NCBI GenBank assembly: GCA_030704615.1
Contig: CM060734.1
Span: 35,588,001 to 35,652,000 of the forward strand
Length of the DNA: 64,000 nucleotides
Source of the DNA: Takakia lepidozioides
Lineage: Eukaryota > Plantae > Bryophyta
Reading direction: 5' to 3'
The notes under the pieces were generated by a model. The model did not search any database, had not been told where the DNA came from, and saw nothing but the letters and a program-made list of their open reading frames with translations. Position numbers and translations under genes: made by a program. Shown piece by piece: positions 61,201 through 64,000 of this stretch. Numbering within the stretch: position 1 is the first letter of the stretch; each line of letters opens with the position of its first letter.

Positions 61201-62817
61201 CACGGTGAAGTATTTTGCCACGCAGCCCAAGTTGTCCCCAAAACAACTTAGGTGCAAGATACTTTGGCGGTGTTCGACGTGGATATCCAGTACAAACCGG
61301 GACGGGACAACGTGGTGGCCGATGCTTTAAGTAGAAAGCAGCAGCTCCTATTGGTGTACAGGGGCGAGACGGCGCTCCAAAGGAAGATCCGGAAGGCTTG
61401 CCGGAAGGATGAGCTGGCGAAGTCCGTGATGCAGGACTTGAGGATGGGGGTTAAATCGCAGTTCCACTTGCAAAATGGACTGCTCCGGTATAAGCAAAAG
61501 CGTCTCTACGTGCCGAAGGGAGGGATCAGAGATAGCCTCTTGAGAGAATGCCATGATAGCCCGCTTGCGGGCCACGGCGGAGCCAAGCACACTGCGACAC
61601 TCTTGAAGAAAGAGTATTTCTGGCCCAAACTGAGGGAGGAGGCAGAGGAGTATGTCAAGACATGCACCACATGCCAACAAAACCGGAGCGAGTACAAAAA
61701 GCAAGCGGGGCTGTTACAACCCGTGCCGATTCCAGAGGGGACTTGGGAAAGCGTCTCGATGGATTTCATGACTGCTATGCCGCTGTCAAAAAGATTCGAT
61801 GCAATCATGGTGGTGGTGGATAGGTTCAGTAAAATGGGTCATTTCATCCCCACCAAGGAGCTGGCAACGGCACATGAAATAAGGCGACTTTACTTCGCCC
61901 ACGTCTTAAAGCATCATGGAGTCCCGAAGGATATTGTCTCGGACCGCGATCCAAAGTTTACGAGTAAATTTTGGAGGGCACTTTGGAAGAAGATGGGGAC
62001 GAGGCTGAAGATGAGCACCGCCTTCCGACCTACGACCGACGGCCAAACGGAAAGAGTGAATTCCGTAGTGAAGCAGATCTTGCGGAATTACGTGTTGGCA
62101 CACCAAACAGACTGGGTGGAACACTTAGACTTCTGTTATAATAACACAGAACACTCCGCAACGGGAGTTTCCCCTTTTGTATTGGTCTATGGAAAAGCAC
62201 CTCTGGTGCCGACAAGTTGGGCCGCCCAGGACGTTGAGGAACCGGCAGTAGCGGCGGTACTGGAAGAACGCGAGCGTTTGTTGAAGTTCGCAAAGTACAA
62301 CATTGCCAAAGCTAGGAAACGGTATGAAAGGCAGGCGAATCAGAAGCGGAGGGAAGTGAAGTTTGAGGCAGGCACGGAGGTCTGGTTGAACATCAAGAAT
62401 TTTCGACTACCTCCGGAAGTGAGTCCAAAGTTCGTACCTCCGTATGCGGGACCCTTTCGCATCCGGAAGGTTATGAATGAGGATGTGTATGAATTGGAGC
62501 TGCCGGCAAACAGCAAGGTGCATCCAGTATTCCACGTCTCCCTTTTGAAGCCTTACTTCAAAGATGAAGCGCGTCCGAATCGGCATCAAGTGTTGCATCC
62601 GCTACCTGTGCTGTTGGATCATGAAAATGAACCTGAGTACGAGGTAGAGGCAGTACTTAAGTTGAGGAGGTTCAGGAACTGAGAAACAGAATATCTTGTC
62701 AAATGGAAGGGCTATCATCATGTGGAGGCATCTTGGGTGTGTGCCTCAGAAATGGGAAATGCATCCGAGGCGGTTGCAGTTTTCGAAGGACGACCTCAAA
62801 AGCGGAAGAAGCGTTGA
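58272..62817 (+). pseudogene. gag-pol: gag-pol of Gypsy 3, disrupted
   Basis: AQQWW; CFNCGEPGHMAKKC; LVDTGASH; YIDD; TDAS; SMDF..SDRD..GQTER; EYEVEAVL..YLVKWKGY..ASW; stops and frameshifts. Confidence 0.95.
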
Positions 62818-63483
62818 TGGGACATCAACCTTAGAGCGTGGGGGAGGAAATGCATGCTTAGCCCGGCTTAGCTAGCTTAGGAATCCGATTGCAAAAAACT
62901 TGTATTGTACAAAAATTTGTTATAAAGAAAATGGGTTCCAAATGTTGTGCGTCCTATTTTGTTTGGAATGGTGATGCATGGTGTGGTTGGCTAGTGTGTA
63001 GAATGCATGCTAGCTTACAAAAGTGGGAGAGGTAAATTGGGTTAATCGTGTGTTTGCGCAGTGCCGAAATCGGGTGACTCCCACCCAAGGGGCAAGGAAA
63101 CTTGCGCCTTCTTTAGGAATTCACGTGCTAGTGCGCACCTGGCGCGTGCGCATACTATAACTGCGCTACCGAGGGGGTTGCTTTGTAGTGCGGGCTAACA
63201 CGGAAGCTACGTGCTTCCGTTCACGTACTATAATCGTGTAGCCTCGGGACGAAGTCGTAGTGCGGCTTCGGCGTGTTCCCGTATCTCAGGCCAGCATTCC
63301 AAGGCGGACCCAATTGTAGTGATTGGGGCGCGCGATTGGTTCAAGGTTATCTTCCTAGTCAAAGAGGATTCGAGGTGAACCCTTGCTCAAGGTGATGCCA
63401 AAAGCGGCATCATGAGCGGTTGCAAGCAATGTTGTTGCAGTAAGGCGATTCGATCCTCGAGGAGGATCGTTCCTTGGCCTTGA

Positions 63484-64000
63484 TGTCGCGGCCCTTTGCC
63501 TTGAGGGCAGAGGGTCGGGACACATGAGGGGCTGCCCCTATGGTGGGGGCAGCGGCAGCGATAGGTATGGGGGGCTGAAGCACCCTTGAGTGCCCAAGGC
63601 ACTCAGAAAAGCGGAGGCGCTCACTAGATGGAGCCCCGCACACCGGGTTGCGGTGGGGGTGGCTCCACAAGGGGTGGTGGTAGCTTAGCGGGACTTAGTG
63701 GGGGTGGCATAGGACTCACCATGGGGGCGGAGACCTCGTGCGGGAGTCGTGGGGAGTCTTGGGACTCATCACGGTCCATAGGGGCCGTGGTGAGTGGGCC
63801 AAGACTCACCGCGACTCATCACCGGGAGTCGAGGGTTTTCGTGGTGGTTCGCCATAAAATGGCATGGCTGGTTGTGAAACCCCCGCGGACAGCTACAGAA
63901 GTATATATATATATAAGGGGAGTAGTGACCCCGAGAACGGTGCAAGCCCGTTGGTGACCAAAAACTAGTGAGTAAGCGAGCGAGCCGGAAAGCGACCAAA
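63484..64000 (+). repeat. 3' LTR of Gypsy 3 (partial)
   Basis: Matches 57488 onward. Confidence 0.93.

Larger units (their letters stand above)
57488..64000 (+). mobile_element. Ty3/Gypsy chromovirus with classical chromodomain (Tcn1/Galadriel-like by inference); runs off the window
   Basis: 5' LTR 57488-58216 (TGTCGCG..CGCGACA); PBS 58219-58232; 3' LTR from 63484. Confidence 0.95.

Overview
Eukaryotic nuclear DNA made almost entirely of nested transposons. The TE types suggest a non-seed land plant, possibly a bryophyte (inference). Main contents: three Ty3/Gypsy LTR retrotransposons (4156-10420 +, 36675-56237 -, 57488->64000 +); a 365-bp TRIM whose LTRs each carry a tRNA-like cloverleaf; CACTA, hAT and LINE remnants; and a decaying local cluster of a small multi-exon Cys/His-rich gene with fold-back duplications. 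The most notable element is a 9.7-kb Mutator-like DNA transposon (37635-47297, 9-bp TSD) inserted in a Gypsy LTR. It encodes a GCM-like/DDE/SWIM transposase and, divergently, a spliced accessory gene whose C-terminal half follows the motif order of a beta-class N4C/N6A DNA amino-methyltransferase, with altered catalytic motifs. One intron of that gene holds an array of 22-bp palindromes. This may be a TE-encoded self-marking or anti-silencing module. All long ORFs carry stops or frameshifts. Calls come from manual motif reading only; no database searches were run.
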